A stretch of DNA of 64,000 bases from assembly GCF_009914755.1 (NCBI RefSeq), contig NC_060927.1; one strand, 5' to 3'. The notes beneath the pieces were generated by a model. That model made no database searches. It was given only the letters and a program-made list of their open reading frames with translations, and had not been told where the DNA came from. Below, piece after piece: positions 14,999 through 33,191 of the stretch; position 1 is the stretch's first letter; each line of letters opens with the position of its first letter. This DNA is from the human T2T-CHM13v2.0 reference genome, Homo sapiens. Position numbers and translations under genes: made by a program.

Positions 14999-17900
14999 TT
15001 AAAAGTAAATGGAAGGTGAAAAACATACCACGCTACTACTAATCAATAGAAAACATAGCTATTATGTTTTAATTTATCAAGCTATATTAATATATTTTAT
15101 TAATTTTAGACAGCACAGACTTCAAGCAAAGTTATAAGGGACAAAATGAGCATTATATAATGATAAAAGGGTCCATGCTTCTAGGAGGTATAACAATCCT
15201 TAAGGTATATACATCTAACTAAAGAGTGTCAAACTATGTGAAGCAAAACTGATAGAACTGAAAGAAGAAATAAATGTGTTATTATACTTGGAGACAATAA
15301 CATTCTTTATTAATTTAATTTAATAATATTATTAATTTAATTTAATAACATTATTAATTTAATTAACAGAACTCTTAGGTAGAAAATCAGTAAGGAAGGA
15401 CCTATTTGACCTCAACAGCATCATCAATCAATCAACATCTGTAGATAACTTCATCCAACAATAGCAGATTATGTATTTTCCTAAAGTTCACATGGAATAT
15501 TCAGTAACATACACCACTATCTGGGTCATGGAAAGCACCTTAAGAAATTTTAAACAATACAACTGTAAATTGTCGTCTGCCCTGAGACCACAATGAAATT
15601 AAAGTAGAAAACAATAACAGAAAGATAGCTGGGAAATACATGCAGAATCCCATGTATTTACCAAAATACATACAGATTTTAAAAACCTTCCAAATAAAAC
15701 AGCAATCAAAGAAGTAATCTAAAAAGAAGTGAAAAAATATTTTGAACTAAATTAAAATGATAATACAGTTTACCAAAATTTGTGGGATAGAGTGAAAGCT
15801 GTGCTTGCAGGGAAATTTACAGCACTGAATGCATATAATAGAAAAGAAGAAACATCTAAAAATCAATAATCTAAAAAGAGACAAAAGCGGACATTATATA
15901 ATGATAGTGGAGTCAATTTAGTAAGAGGATACAACAGTTGTAAATACATAAACACCCCACACTGCAGCATCCAGATATATAAAGCAAATATTATTAGAAC
16001 TAAACAGAGAGATGGGCCCCAATAAAATAATAGCTGGGAGCTCCAACACACCACTTACAGCATTTAACAAATCATCAAGACAGAAAATCAACAAGGCAAC
16101 ACTGAACTTAATCTGCATTCTAGACCAAATGGACCTAAATAGATATTAAGAGAATATTTCATTCAGTGGTGGAGAATAAACATTCTTCTCCTCAGTACCT
16201 AGATCATTCTGAAAGATAGGCCATATGTTAGGTCACAAAACAAGTCTTGAAATATTCAAAAAAATTGAAATCATATCAAATATCTTCTCTGAACACAATG
16301 GAATAAAACTGGAAATCAACAAAAAGGGGAACTTCGGAAACTATATGAACACATGGAAATTAAAGAATATGATCTTTAATGACTAGTGGTTCAATAAAGA
16401 AATTAAGATGAAAGTTTAAAAACTTCTTGAAACAGATAGAAATAGAAACACAACATAATAACACTCATGGAATACAGCAAAAGCAGGACTAAGAGGAAAG
16501 CTTATAACAAAAGTGGCTATGTCAAAAAAGTAGAAAAATTTTAAATAAACAACCTAAAGATGGATCTTACAGAAGTAAAAAAGAGCAAACCAAACCCCAA
16601 ATTAGTAGAAGCAAAGAAATAATAAAGATCAGAGCAGAAATAAATGAAATTAAAATAAAAAAGTACAAAGGATCAATGAAATAAAAAGTTGATTATTTGA
16701 AAAGATAAAATTGACAATATTTAGCCAGAATAATTAAAAAAAAGATAAGACCCAAATACATAAAATTAGAGATAGAAAAAGAGACATCACAACTGAAACC
16801 ACAGAAATTCCAAGGATCGTTAGAGGCTACTATGAGCAACTACATACCCAATAAATTGGAAAACTTAAGAGAAATTGATAAATTCCTAGACACATACAAC
16901 CTATCAAGATTGAACCATGAAGAAATCCAAAACCTTAACAGACCAATAACAAGTAATGAGATTGAAGCCATAATAAAAAGTCTCTCAGCAAAGAAAACCC
17001 AGGCCCTCATGGCTTCACTGCTGAATTTTGCCAAACACTTAAAGAAAAACCAATACCAATCCTACTCAAACTATTCTGAAAAGTAGAGGAAGAGAAATAC
17101 TTCCAAACTCATTCTACGAGGCCAGTAATATAAAAAAACAGACAAAGGTACATCAAAAAAAGAAAACTACAGGCTAATATCTCTAATGAACACTGATGCA
17201 AAAATCCCCAACAAAATACTAAAAAAGTGAATTTAACAACACATTAAAAAGGTCATTCATCCTGATCAAGTGGGATTTATTTCAGAAATGCAAGGGTGAT
17301 TCAAAATATGCAAATCAATCAATGTGATGCATTATGTGAACAGAACAAAGGACAAAACCAATATGATCATTTCAATTGATGCTGAAAAAACATTTGATAA
17401 AATTTAACATCACTCCATGATGAAAACCCTCAAAAAGTTGAGTATAGAAGGAACATACCTCAACACAGTAAAAGCTACATATAACACACCCACAGCTAGA
17501 ATCATACTGAATGAGGAAAAATTGAAAATCTTTTCTCTAAGATCTGGAAGAAGACAAGGATGCTAACTTTCACCATTGTTATTTTAGATAGTACTGCGGT
17601 CCTAGACAGAGCAATCAGACAAAAGAGCAAAATAAAGGGCAACCAAATTGGAATAGAAAAAGTCAGTTTCCAGATGATATAATCTTGTATTTGGAAAATC
17701 CTAGACTCCACCAAAAGCTATTAAAACTGATTTTTTTAAAAGTCAGTAAAGTGTGGAAACACACAAAAATCAGTAGCATTTCTGTATGCCAACAGGAAAC
17801 AATCTGAAAAAGAAATTAAAAAGTAATTCCATGTACAATAGCTACAGATAAAATTAAATACCTAGGAATTAATTTCACCAAAGAATTGAAAGATCTCTAA

Positions 17901-18943
17901 AATGGAAACTATAAAACATTGAAGCAAGAAATTGAACAGGACACAAAAAAATGTAAAGATACTTTACGTTCATGCATTGGAAGAATCAATATTGCTAAAC
18001 GTTCATACTATCTAAAGCAATCTACAGATTCAATGCAATCTCTATCAAAATGCCAATTGCATTCTTCAGAGGAAAGAAAAATCCTAAAACTTATATGGAA
18101 CCACAAAAGACCCAGAATAGACAAGGGCATCCTGAGCAAAAATAACAAACCAAAAGGAGTGGCATTACCTGACTTTAAACTATACTACAGAGATATAGTA
18201 ACTAGAACAGCATGGTACTGGCATAAAAACAGACACATAGACCAAAGGAACAGAATAGAGAACACAGAAATAAATCCATACCTCTGCAGTAAATTCATTT
18301 CAACAAATGTCAATAATATACATTGGGGAAAACACAGTCTCTTCAATAAATGGTGCTAGGAAAACTGGTACACATGCAGAAGAATGAAACTAGACCCCTA
18401 TTTCCCACCATGAACAAAAATCAAAACAAAATGGATTAAAGACTTAAATATAAGACATGAAATCATAAAAATACTACAAAAAAACATTGGGGAAACTCTC
18501 CAGGACATTGGTCTAGGCAAAGTTTTTCCGAGTATTAGTACGCCACAAGCACAGGCAACCAAAGCAAAAATGAACAAGTATGATCACATCAAGTTAAAAA
18601 GCTTCTGTGCAGCAAATAAAACAATCAACAAAGTGAAGAAACAACTCACAGAATGAGAGAAAATATTTGCAAACTATACATCTGACAAGGGATTAATAAC
18701 CAGAATATATAAGAAGCTCAAACAATTCAATAAGAAAAAAATTAATAATTCAATTAAAAAATGCACAAAAGATCTGAGCAGACATTTCTCAAAAGAAGAC
18801 ATACAAATGGCAAACAGATATATGAAAAGATGCGCAACATCATTGATCATCAGAGAAATGCAATCAAAAGTACAATGACATATTATCTTACTCCAGCTTA
18901 AGTGGATTTTATCCTAAAGACAGGCAATAACAAATTTTGGTGA

Positions 18944-22789
<3,846 letters not shown>

Positions 22790-23272
22790 GAACTACCATA
22801 TGATCCATCAATCCCACTGCTAGGTATATACCCAAAAGAAAGGAAATCAATATAAAGAAGAGATGTCTGCACTTCCATGTTCATTATCAAACTACTCACA
22901 ATAGCCAATATTTGGAAATAACAAAGGACAAATGTTACTTCTCACTTATTTGTGGGAGCTAGAAAAATTAAAACAATTGAACTCATGCAGCTAGAGAGTT
23001 TTATGATGGTTACCAGAGACTGGGAAGGGTAGTGGAGTCGGGGTGGGGTGGAGAGTGAAGATGGTTAATGGGAACAAAAATGTGGTTAGATGGAATGAAT
23101 AAGATCTAGTATTTGATAGCACGATAGGGTGACTACAGTCAACAATAATTTATTATATATTTTGAAATAACTAAATGAGTATAATTGGATAGTTTGTAAC
23201 ACAAAGAAAGGATAAATGCTTGATGCAATAGATACCTAATTTACCATGATGTGATTATCACACATTGTATGA

Positions 23273-24536
23273 CAAGTAATTGTATGGTTTGGAGCAATTT
23301 TCTTAGTCTTGATTTCTAATTTTATTGTGTTGTGGTTTAAGAGAGTGGTCGTTATGATCTCAGTTATTTTGCACTTGCCAAAGATTGTTTCATGTCCAAT
23401 TGTGTGGTCAATTTTAGAGTATGTGCCATGTGGTGGTGAGAAGAATGTATATTCTGTTGCTCTGGGATAGAGTTCTGTAGATATCTGTCAGATTCATTTG
23501 ATCCAGTGCTGATTTCAGGTTGTGAAAATCTTTGTTGATTTTCTGTCTTGATGATCTGTCTAATCATGTCAGTGGGGTGTTGAAGTCTCCCACTATTATT
23601 GTGTGGGAGTCTAAACTTCTTTGAAGGTCTCTAAGAGCTTGGTTTACAAATCAGGGTGCTCCTGTGTTGGGTGCATATATATTTAGAATAGTTGGGTCTT
23701 CTTGTTGAATTGAAACCTTTACCATTATGTAATGCCCTTCTTTGTCTTTTTTTGGTCTTTGTTGGTTTAAAGTCTGTTTTCTCTGAAATTAGGACTGCAA
23801 CCCCTGCTTTTTTCTGTTTTCCATTTTCCTGGTAAATTTTTTTCATCCCTTTATTTTGAGCTTATGGGTGTCACTGCTTGTGAGATGGGTCTCTTAAAGA
23901 CAGCATAACAGTGAATCTTGGTTTCTCATCCAGCTTGCCACTCTGTCTTTTAAGTGGGACATTTAGCCCATTTACATTCAACATTATTATTAATATGTGT
24001 AGATGTGGTCCTGTTACCTTAATTCTAGCTGGTTGTTATGCAGACTTGTTTGTGTGGTTGCTTTATAGTGTCACTGGTCTGTATACATAAGTGTGTTTTT
24101 GTAGTGGCTAGTAACAGTCTTTCCTTTCCATATTTAGTGCTTAACTTCAGGAGCTTTTGTGAGGCAGATCTGGTGGTAACAAATTCCTTCAGCATTTGCT
24201 TGTGTGAAAAGAATATTATTTCTCCTTCACTTATAAAGTTTAGTTTGGCCAGATATGAAATTCTTGGTTGGAATTTCTTTACCTTAACAATGTTGAATAT
24301 TGGCCCACAATCCCTTCTGGCTTGTAGGATTTCTGCTGAGACGTCTGCTGGTAGTCTGATGGGCTTCCCTTCATAGGTGACCTGACCTTTCTCTCTAACT
24401 GCTTTTAACATTTTTTCCTTCATAGGCTAATACCTAGATGGTGAAATAATCTGTCTAATAATCTCCCATGACATAAATTTACCTATACAACAAACCTGCA
24501 TATGTAACCCAGAACTTAAAATAAAAGTTTAAAAAA
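23273..24536. mobile_element. L1PA (about PA11-13) fragment pair: antisense ORF1/EN piece plus sense 3' tip
   Basis: 23273-24423 is reverse-complement ORF1 (MKEKMLKA...) through EN; 24424-24536 is a sense L1PA 3' terminus (gtgaaataatctg...aacttaaaataaaagtt). Confidence 0.85.
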
Positions 24537-25307
24537 TTATTTTAAAATTAGGAAATTTAAAAATATTAAATAAATAAATAATCCAGGCTTCCACCTTAGG
24601 TAGCTAGAAATAAAATAACAAATTAAAGCCAAAGTTAGCCAAAGAAAATTAACAATAAAAATTAGAGCAGAACTCAATGAAACTGAAAACAGGAAATCAA
24701 TGGAGAAAAATCAACAAAATCAAAAGTTGTTACTTTGAAAACATTAGTAAAACTTATAATCCTTTTTCCAGGCTTACAAAGAAAGAAAGAAAAGACACAA
24801 GATGCTAATGTCAGAAATGAAAGAGGGGAAATACTATAAACTTTAAAATCCTATGCACATTAAAATGATAATAAAAAATATTATGAATAATTCTACACCC
24901 GCAAATTTAATAAACTAGATGAAGTAGACAAAAGCCTTAAAAGAATGACCAAACACTCATAAAAGAAGAAATAGACAATCTGAATAGTTCTATATCTATT
25001 CTAGACATTAAACCAATAATTAATAACCTTCCAAAACAGAAAGCAGAATGCTCAAAGAGGTTTACTGAAGAATTCTACCAAACACTTCAGAAGAAATTGT
25101 ACTATTCTCTACAATCTCTTTCAGAGTATAGAAGCAACAGGACTACTTCCTAACTCATTTTATGAGGCCAGCCTTACCTAATACCAAAACTAAACAAAGA
25201 TATTGCAGGAAGAGAAAACTACATACCAATATATTTTATGAATGTAGAAATAAAAATTCTGAATAAAATATTAGCAAATTGAATCCAACAATGTATAGAA
25301 ACAATTA

Positions 25308-25620
25308 TCGTTGTGCACCATATAATGACATTTTAATCAATGATGGATGATATAATATAATGCCACATCTTTACTGCACTTTTCTATGTTTAGATACAAA
25401 GATACTTATTGCATTGTGATTTCCTACAGTATCCAGGAAAGTAACATGTTGTATGAGTTTGTAGCCTAGGAACAAGAGTCTATATTATATAGCCTAGGTG
25501 TAGTAAGCTGTACCATCTAAGTTTATGTAAGTACACTCTATGATGTTTGTAAAATGATGAAATCTCCTAATGATGCATGTCTTAGAACATGTTCCCATCA
25601 TTAAGTGATGCATAACCATA
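25308..25620. mobile_element. Tigger3-like (TcMar-Tigger) non-autonomous DNA transposon
   Basis: gtttgtagcctagga...atagcctaggtgtagtaagctgtaccatctaagtttatgtaagtacactctatgatg...cattaagtgatgcataac interrupting L1 ORF2 at a TA. Confidence 0.8.
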
Positions 25621-27939
25621 TATGCCATGACCAAGTGGGTTTTATCCCAAGTATGCAGGGCTGATTCAACTTTTAAAAATTCATTATTATAATCAACAGT
25701 CTAAAAATTACATGATTATATCAGTAGATGAAGAAAAAGTATTTGACAAAATCCAACACCCATTCTTGAAAAAAACTCCCACCCATTCATGATAAAAACT
25801 AATAATAGAAAAGAACGTCCTCAATAAAGAACATCCACAGAAACCTACAGATAATATATTTAATGGTGAGAAACTTGAAATCTTCTCGCTAAGATCAAGA
25901 ACAAGGTAAGACTGTTGCCTCTCACTACTGCTTTTCAACATCATACTGAAAGTACTAGCTACTGCAATATATCAAACCAAAAAGGAAATAAAAAGCATAG
26001 AGATTGAGAAAGAAGCAATAAAACTGTCTTTGTTTACAAATGACTTGGTTGTCTACATAGAGAATCCAAAAAAATTGTCCCACCGCCCCCCAAAAAAAGC
26101 CTCCTGAATCTAATAAGCAATTGTAGAAAGGTTGCAGGAAACAGAGTTTATATGCAAAAGTCAGATACTTTCCTGCATAACATTAAACAAGTCAAATTTC
26201 AAATTAAAACCAAATTATTTACATTAGCACCCCAAAAATTAAATACTTCGGTATAAAACTAGCACAATTGTACAAGATCTATATGAGAGAACCTACAAAA
26301 CTCTGATGAAACACATCAAATCAAAGAAGATTTAAATGGCAAAGAACATAGACAAAAAATTCAATATTATCAAGATGTCAGTTCTTCCAACTTGATCTAT
26401 AAATTTAATGCAATTCCCATCACTATCCAACCAAGTTACTTTGTGGATATTGACAAATTGATCCTAAAGTGTATATGAAGAAGCAAACCCAGAATAGCCA
26501 CATAATATTAAAGGAGAAGAACAAAGTTGGAGGACAAACACTACCTGATGTCAAGACTTACTATAAAGCTACAGTAATCAAGACAGTGTGGTATTGGTGA
26601 AAGGAATAGGCAGATCAGTGGAACAGAATGGAAATCCCAAAAATAGACCCACATAAATATACCCAACTGATCTTTGACAAAAAAGCAAAGAAAATACAAT
26701 GGAGCAAAGATTGTCTTTTCAACAAATGGTACTAGAACAACTAGACATCCACATGCAAAAAGATAAATCTAGATACCAACATACATCCTTCACAAAAATT
26801 AAATCAAAATGAATCCTAGACCCAAATGTAAATATATATATATTTTATATATATATAAAACTTATGGAAGATAACATAGGAGAAAATCTAGATGACCTTG
26901 AGTGTAACAATGACTTTTTAAATATAACACAAGAAACACTATCCATGAAAGAAATAATTGATAAGCTGAACTTCATTAAAATTAAAAATTTCTGCTCTGT
27001 GAAAGACAATATAAAGAGGATGGAAAGACAAACCACAGATTGGGAGAAAATATTTGCAAAACGCACATCTGAATAAGAACTGTTATCCAAAATATACAAA
27101 GAACTCTTAAAACTCAACAATAAGAAAACACACAACCTGATTTAAAAATGGGTTAAAGACTTAAACAGACATTTCAACAAGATTATACCGATGACAAATA
27201 AGCATATTAAAAGATGTTCTGCATCATGTCATCAGAGAAAGGCAAATTAAAACAACAATGAGATACCATTACTTGCATATTAGAATGGCCATAATCCAAA
27301 ATACTGACAACAAGAAACACTGATGAGGATGTGGAGCAACAGAAACTTTTATTCATTGTTGGTAGGAATGCAAAATGGTACAGTTACTTGGAAGACAGTT
27401 TAGCAGTTTCTTACAAAACTAAACATATTCATACCATATTTTTCAGCAATTGCTCACTTGGTATTTATCCAGATGAGTTGAAAACATATCCAAACAAAAA
27501 CACACACACAGATATTTATAGCAACTTTATTTACAATTATCAATACTTGGAAGCAACAAAGATGTCCCTCAGGAGATGAATGGATTAATAAACTGCAGTA
27601 CTTCCAGACAACAGAATATTATTTGGTGTTAAAAAGAAATAAACTATCAAGCCATGAAAAGGCATGGAGGAAACTTAAACACATATTGCTAAGTAAAATA
27701 AGTCAGTCTGAAAAGAAGGTAACATTAAAGAGAAGGCAGAAAAATAAATAGGACGAGGAAGGAGACCAGTATGCCTGCATTTGAAAATTAATTTTAGAGT
27801 AGTGAGACAATCAATTAAAATGATAGGATGAGCCTCAAACTCTACAAATCAGAGATTAGATTTAGTGTGGTAAGAATTAAGGAGATGCTATCAACTATAG
27901 AGCTGATGTTGACATTTTTAAAAACTTGTCTATTAGAAT

Positions 27940-30900
27940 TCTTTACCAAGGAAAAATATTTGTTGAAACAAAGGTAAAATAAAGACTTATTCAGACATAC
28001 AAAATCTGAATTCATCACTAGCAGACTGCTTATTACAAGAAAATTTTAAGGAAGTTTATCAGCAGAAAAAAATGATACCAGATGAAAATGTGCATCTATA
28101 TAAAGGAATAAAAAGCACTAGAAATGGTAATTATATAATTAGAAAAACTTTTGTATTAGTCTGTTTTCACACTGCCATAAAGAAATATCTGAGACTGGGT
28201 AATTTATAAAGAAAAGAGGTTTAATCAGCTCATGGTTCTGCAGGCTTCCTATAGGAAGCATGACTGGGGAGGCCTCAGGAAACTTCCAATCATGGTGGAA
28301 AGTGAAGGGGAAGCAAGCGTGCCTTCACATCTCCAGAGCAGGAGGAAGAGAGCAAGGGGGGAGGTGCCACACACTTTTAAACAACCAGATCTCATGGGCA
28401 TTCACTCACTATCATGAGAGCAACACCTAGGGGGAAATCTGCCCCACTTGATCCAGTCACCTCCTACCAGGCTCCACCTCCAATAATGGAGATTACAATT
28501 TGACATGAGATTTTGGGAGGACACAGATCCAAACCATATTATTCTGCCCAACCCTTCCCAAATCTCATGTCCGCACATTTTGAAACACAATCATGCTTTC
28601 CCAACAGTCTTCCAAAGTCTTAACTCATTCCAGTATTAACTCAAAAGTCGAAAGTTAAGTCTCATCTGAGATAAGGCTAGTACCTCCCACTTATAAGCCT
28701 GTAAAATCAGAAACAAGTTAGTTGCTTTCAAGATACAAAGGGGGTATAGGCACTGGGTAAATACTCATTTTCCAAAATGGATAAATAAACCAAAGGAAAG
28801 GAGCAACAGGCCCTGTGCAAGTCCAAAACCCAGCAGGAAAGTCATTAAATCTTAATGCTCCAAAATAATCTCCTTTGACTCCATGTCCCAGATTCAGGGC
28901 ATGCTGATTCAAGGGGTGGACTCCCAAGGTCTTGAGCAGCTCTGCACCATTGGGTCTGCAGGGCTGAGCCCTCATGTCTACTCTCAAGGGCTGGCATTGA
29001 TTGCCTGGGGTTTTTCCAGGCACTCAGTGCAGGCTGCAGGTGGATCTAGCATTCTGGGGTCTGAAAAATGGTGGTCCTCTTCTCACAGTTCTACTAGGCA
29101 GTGCCCAGTGGGGATTCTGTGTGGGGGCTCCAACCCCACATTTCCCCTCTGCACTGCCCTAGTAGAGGTTCTTCATGAGGGCTCTGCCTCCACAGCAGAC
29201 TTCTGCCTGGACATTCAGGCTTTTTCATATATCTTCTGAAATCTAGGCAGAGGCTACCAAGCCTCAACTCTTGCACTCTGCACACCTGCAGGTCCAGCAC
29301 CATGTGGAAGCTACGAAGGCTTATGGCTTGCACCCTCTGAAGCAGTGAGTGGCCTAAGTGCCTGGGCCCCTTTGATCCATGGTTGGAGTCCCCAAGGATG
29401 CAGGGAGCAGCATCTCAAGGTTGTGCAGAGCAGTAGGGCCCTGGGCCTGGCCCACGAAACTATTTTGCCCTCCTGGGCCTGTGATGAGAGGGGCTCCCAT
29501 GAAGGTCTCTGAAATGCCTTCAGGTCTTTTTCCCATTGTCTTGGCTATTAGTACTTGCCTTCCTTTTAGTTATGCAAATTTATGCATCTGGCTTGAATTC
29601 CTTCCCCAGAAAATGGGATTTTCTTTTCTACCACATGGCTAGGCTGCCAATTTTCCAAATTTTTATGCTGTGCCTCCTTTTCAAATATAAGTTTCAGTTT
29701 CAGATAATTTCTTTGCTTATGCATATGTGCATAGACTTTTAGAAGTAGCCAGGCTACATCTTGAATGTTTTCCTTCTTAGAAATTTATTCTGCCAGGTAC
29801 CCTAAATAATCTCTCTCAAGTTTAAAGTTTCTTAGATCCCTAGAACAGGGATAAAGTGTAGCAAGAGTGACCATTACTCCATATCCCAATAAGCCACCTT
29901 TACTTATTAAAGTGACCTTTACTCCAATTCCTCATTTCCATCTGAGACCTCCTCAGCCTGGACTTCACTGTCCCTATCACTATCAGCATTTTGGTCACAA
30001 CCATTCAAGTCTTAGGAAGTTCCAAACATTACCTCATCTACCTGTCTTTTTCTGAGCCCTCCAAACTGTTCGAACCTCTGCCCATTACCCAGTTCCAAAG
30101 CTGCTTCCACATTTTCAGGTGTCTTTATAGCAATGCCCCACCTCTTGGTACCAGCTTTCTGTATTAGTTCATTCTCGCCACTGCTATAAAGAAATACTGG
30201 AGACTGGGTAATTTATAATGAAAAGAGATTTAATTGGCTCACAGTTCTGCAGGCTGTACAAGAAGCATGGCTAAGGAGGCCTCAGGAAGCTTACAATCAT
30301 GGTAGAAAGCGAAGGGGAAGCAGGCATGTCTTCACATGGCCAGAGCCAAAGGAAGAGAGCAAGGAGGGAGGTGCCACACACTTTTAAACCATCAAATCTG
30401 GCTAACACTCACTCATTATCACAAGAGCAGCACTGAGGGGGAAATCTGCTTTCATGATTCAAGCACCTCCCACCAGGCCCAACATCCAACACTGGGGATT
30501 ACAAATTGACATGCGATTTGGTCAGGGATATAGACCCAAACTATATCAAATTTCTTGTTTTTTAAAATGTCTTTTAAAAACTGTTAAAAGAAAAAAAAAC
30601 AGTGTATCATAGGATCTTAGGATCTATAATATATGTAAAAGTAAAATATATGACAATAATATTACAAAGGCCAGGAGGGGAGACATGAAAGTGTACTGAC
30701 ATGAGGTTCTTATTATATATATGCTGTGGTATACATATAAGAAAAGCTGTGATAAGTTAAAAATTTATGCTTCAAAGTATACATAACACATACACATAAC
30801 ACATAAATACAACAGAGTTATAATTAATAAACCAAAAAAGTAAATAAGATGAAATAATTTTTTAAAAAATCCAAAAGAAGCCAGAAAATACAGTAAAGGG

Positions 30901-32250
30901 GAACTAAGAGCATATAGAAAAATTGAAAACAAATAAGAATATGATAGACTCACATGCACCTATATCAGTAATTTCATTAATTATTAATTAAGCACTCCAA
31001 TTAAAAGGCAGAAGTTGTATTGAAAACAAACAAACAAACAAATGCTACCAAGAAGAAAACCACCTTAAATTAAAAAAAACCACACAAATAGGCTACATGT
31101 TAAAGGATGGAAAAAGATATATCATGCTACCATTAATCACTCATATTAATATTAGATAATACAGATTTTAGAGCAAAGAATATTACCAGGGATAAAAAGG
31201 GCCATTTTATAATGATAAAAGGTTCTATTCATCAAATGGACATACAATTCTAAATGTTTTTATACCTAATAACAGAGTTTCAAATTACATGAAGGAAAAA
31301 TTGATTAATCTGCAAAGAAAAATATATAAATTCTCAGTTATAGCTGGAAATTTCAACATACATCTCAATAGTTGATAGAAGAAATAGACAGAAAATCAGT
31401 AAGTATATTGAACCTTGAGTAATACTACCAAACTAACTTGACCAACTAGAAAACTATTAGAATGATCCACCCAGAAACAACAAAATACACATTGTTTTTC
31501 AAGTGCACAGTAAGGATTTACCAAGATAGACCACATTCAGGGTGATAAAACAAGTCTTACTAAATTTGAAAGGTTTTATGGTATAGAAAATATGTTGTAT
31601 AAACGTAGCAGAATTAAACTAAAATCAATAAGAGATACCTGACAAATCCCAAATATTTGGAAATTAAATAACACTTCTGAATAACCCGTGTATCAAAGAA
31701 AGATTTTTTTATAAATCAGAAAATATTTTGAACTGAATGAAAATGTGGAATGCAGTATGTGAGGGGAAATTATAGTAGCAATGGCTATATTAGAAAAGAA
31801 AAAGAAGGCCTCAAATTAATAATCTTAGCCTCTACATTTAAAAACTAAAAAAAAAGTAAATTAAACTTCAATTAAGCAAAAGTTGTTTATAAAAAATTTA
31901 ATGCCAAGGAACTTAACTTAGACTGAGGGGGAAAAAATAATCAAATGTCCACCAACCCTCACTTACGAATAATGGGAATAGCCTAACATTTATTAAAACA
32001 TTGAGTTTATAGTTAAAAATCTTCCTATAAAAATTCAGGCCCAAATACCTTCTTTAGGGAATCTTACCAAATATTTAAGAAAGAAATATCACCAATCCTA
32101 AACAAAGTCTCTGAAAAAAATGAAAAGCAAAGAATACTTCCCAACACATTGTATGGTGCCAGCACCACACTAATACCCAAATCTGACAAAGACATTACAA
32201 GAAAACTGCAAGCTAATACCGCTCATGAACATATATGCGAAATTTCCAAA
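27940..32250 (+). mobile_element. Old L1M fragment (ORF1 end to ORF2 N-terminal half), split by the MST provirus
   Basis: Degenerate L1 motifs: aaataaagacttattcagacatacaaaa, ccaattaaaaggcaga, accaagatagaccacatt, aatacttcccaacacattgtatg. Confidence 0.7.
28152..30548 (-). mobile_element. Complete MaLR provirus (MST LTR - internal - LTR)
   Basis: LTRs at 28152-28541 and 30160-30548 flanking a ~1.6-kb MST/THE1-type internal region; flanks acttt / aattt (4/5 TSD). Confidence 0.92.
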
Positions 32251-32399
32251 CTATCTAAAATCTTAGCCTGTTTCTTTGATGGTCAGAAAGTGCCTGCACC
32301 TTATGGTCTCCCTTTATAATCACAATTGGTATATATACAAATTAACTGCATTTATGCATTCAGAATTTGTAGAGGGGTACATTTTCTAGTTTTAAAGCC

Positions 32400-32630
32400 A
32401 TTTTTTGTTAAACTTTTTAGTGAAGCTTAATAAACATAGAGAAAAGAGTCTATTTATAGAGCACAGCTCAATGAACTTTAATGCACTAAACACATCCATA
32501 TAACCAAACCAAGCTCAAGAAACAAATCGTCGGCAAAACCAGAAGCCCCTTTGTGAAGCCTTCTTGTCACTACCTGCTCCCTCTAATAGTATCAATTTTT
32601 CTGACTTCTAACAGCAAAGATTGGTTTGAA
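32400..32630 (-). mobile_element. L1ME-type 3'UTR relic
   Basis: gcacagctcaatgaactttaa...acatccatataacc...accagaagcccc...ttctgacttctaacagcaaagatt. Confidence 0.55.
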
Positions 32631-33191
32631 GGCATTTAATTTTATCAGTCAGCTTTTTTAAATGTTTATTCTGCTTGACATTCATCTAAAATTAGTGTGT
32701 AAATATTTTTGAATGATCGCCCATTTTATTAAAACATATTTTGTACATATCCCCTGCTATTTATTTTTAAATTACACAAATATCAGGTTTTAAAAACTTG
32801 AATTATTATTTCCTAGCACAATATATACCTGAAGCATGGTTCATTAATAATATAAATCTATTTTTCAAATGGATTTTCAGATAGTTACAGTTTTATAACA
32901 GATTTCATAACAGATTTCTCATATGTAATTCAATAATGATTTTTTAATTGGAATGTAGTTATGAAGTGTCTTGAGGCTTATTTGTGCTGAATTTTAACAT
33001 AATCTCAACTTGAGTTTTTATATGAGAGAATCTTTAGACCACTTGTCTGTTTTGTGAGGATGAATGTAGTTAAAAACTGATTAATATTTTCTCTAAGTCT
33101 ATATAGCTAAGCACACATAAATGGCAATACATCCCAGATTTCTAAGGGACAGCAAATAAGTGATGGCTCCACTCTCATTCCTTCATGGGGG

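Noticed and set aside
15296-15366. AT-rich short tandem repeat ttattaatttaatttaataa
   Set aside because: Low-complexity slippage within an old L1; no further structure.
28718-29742. Cluster of overlapping ORFs in GC-richer DNA
   Set aside because: MaLR internal region; no gag/pol/env motifs visible.
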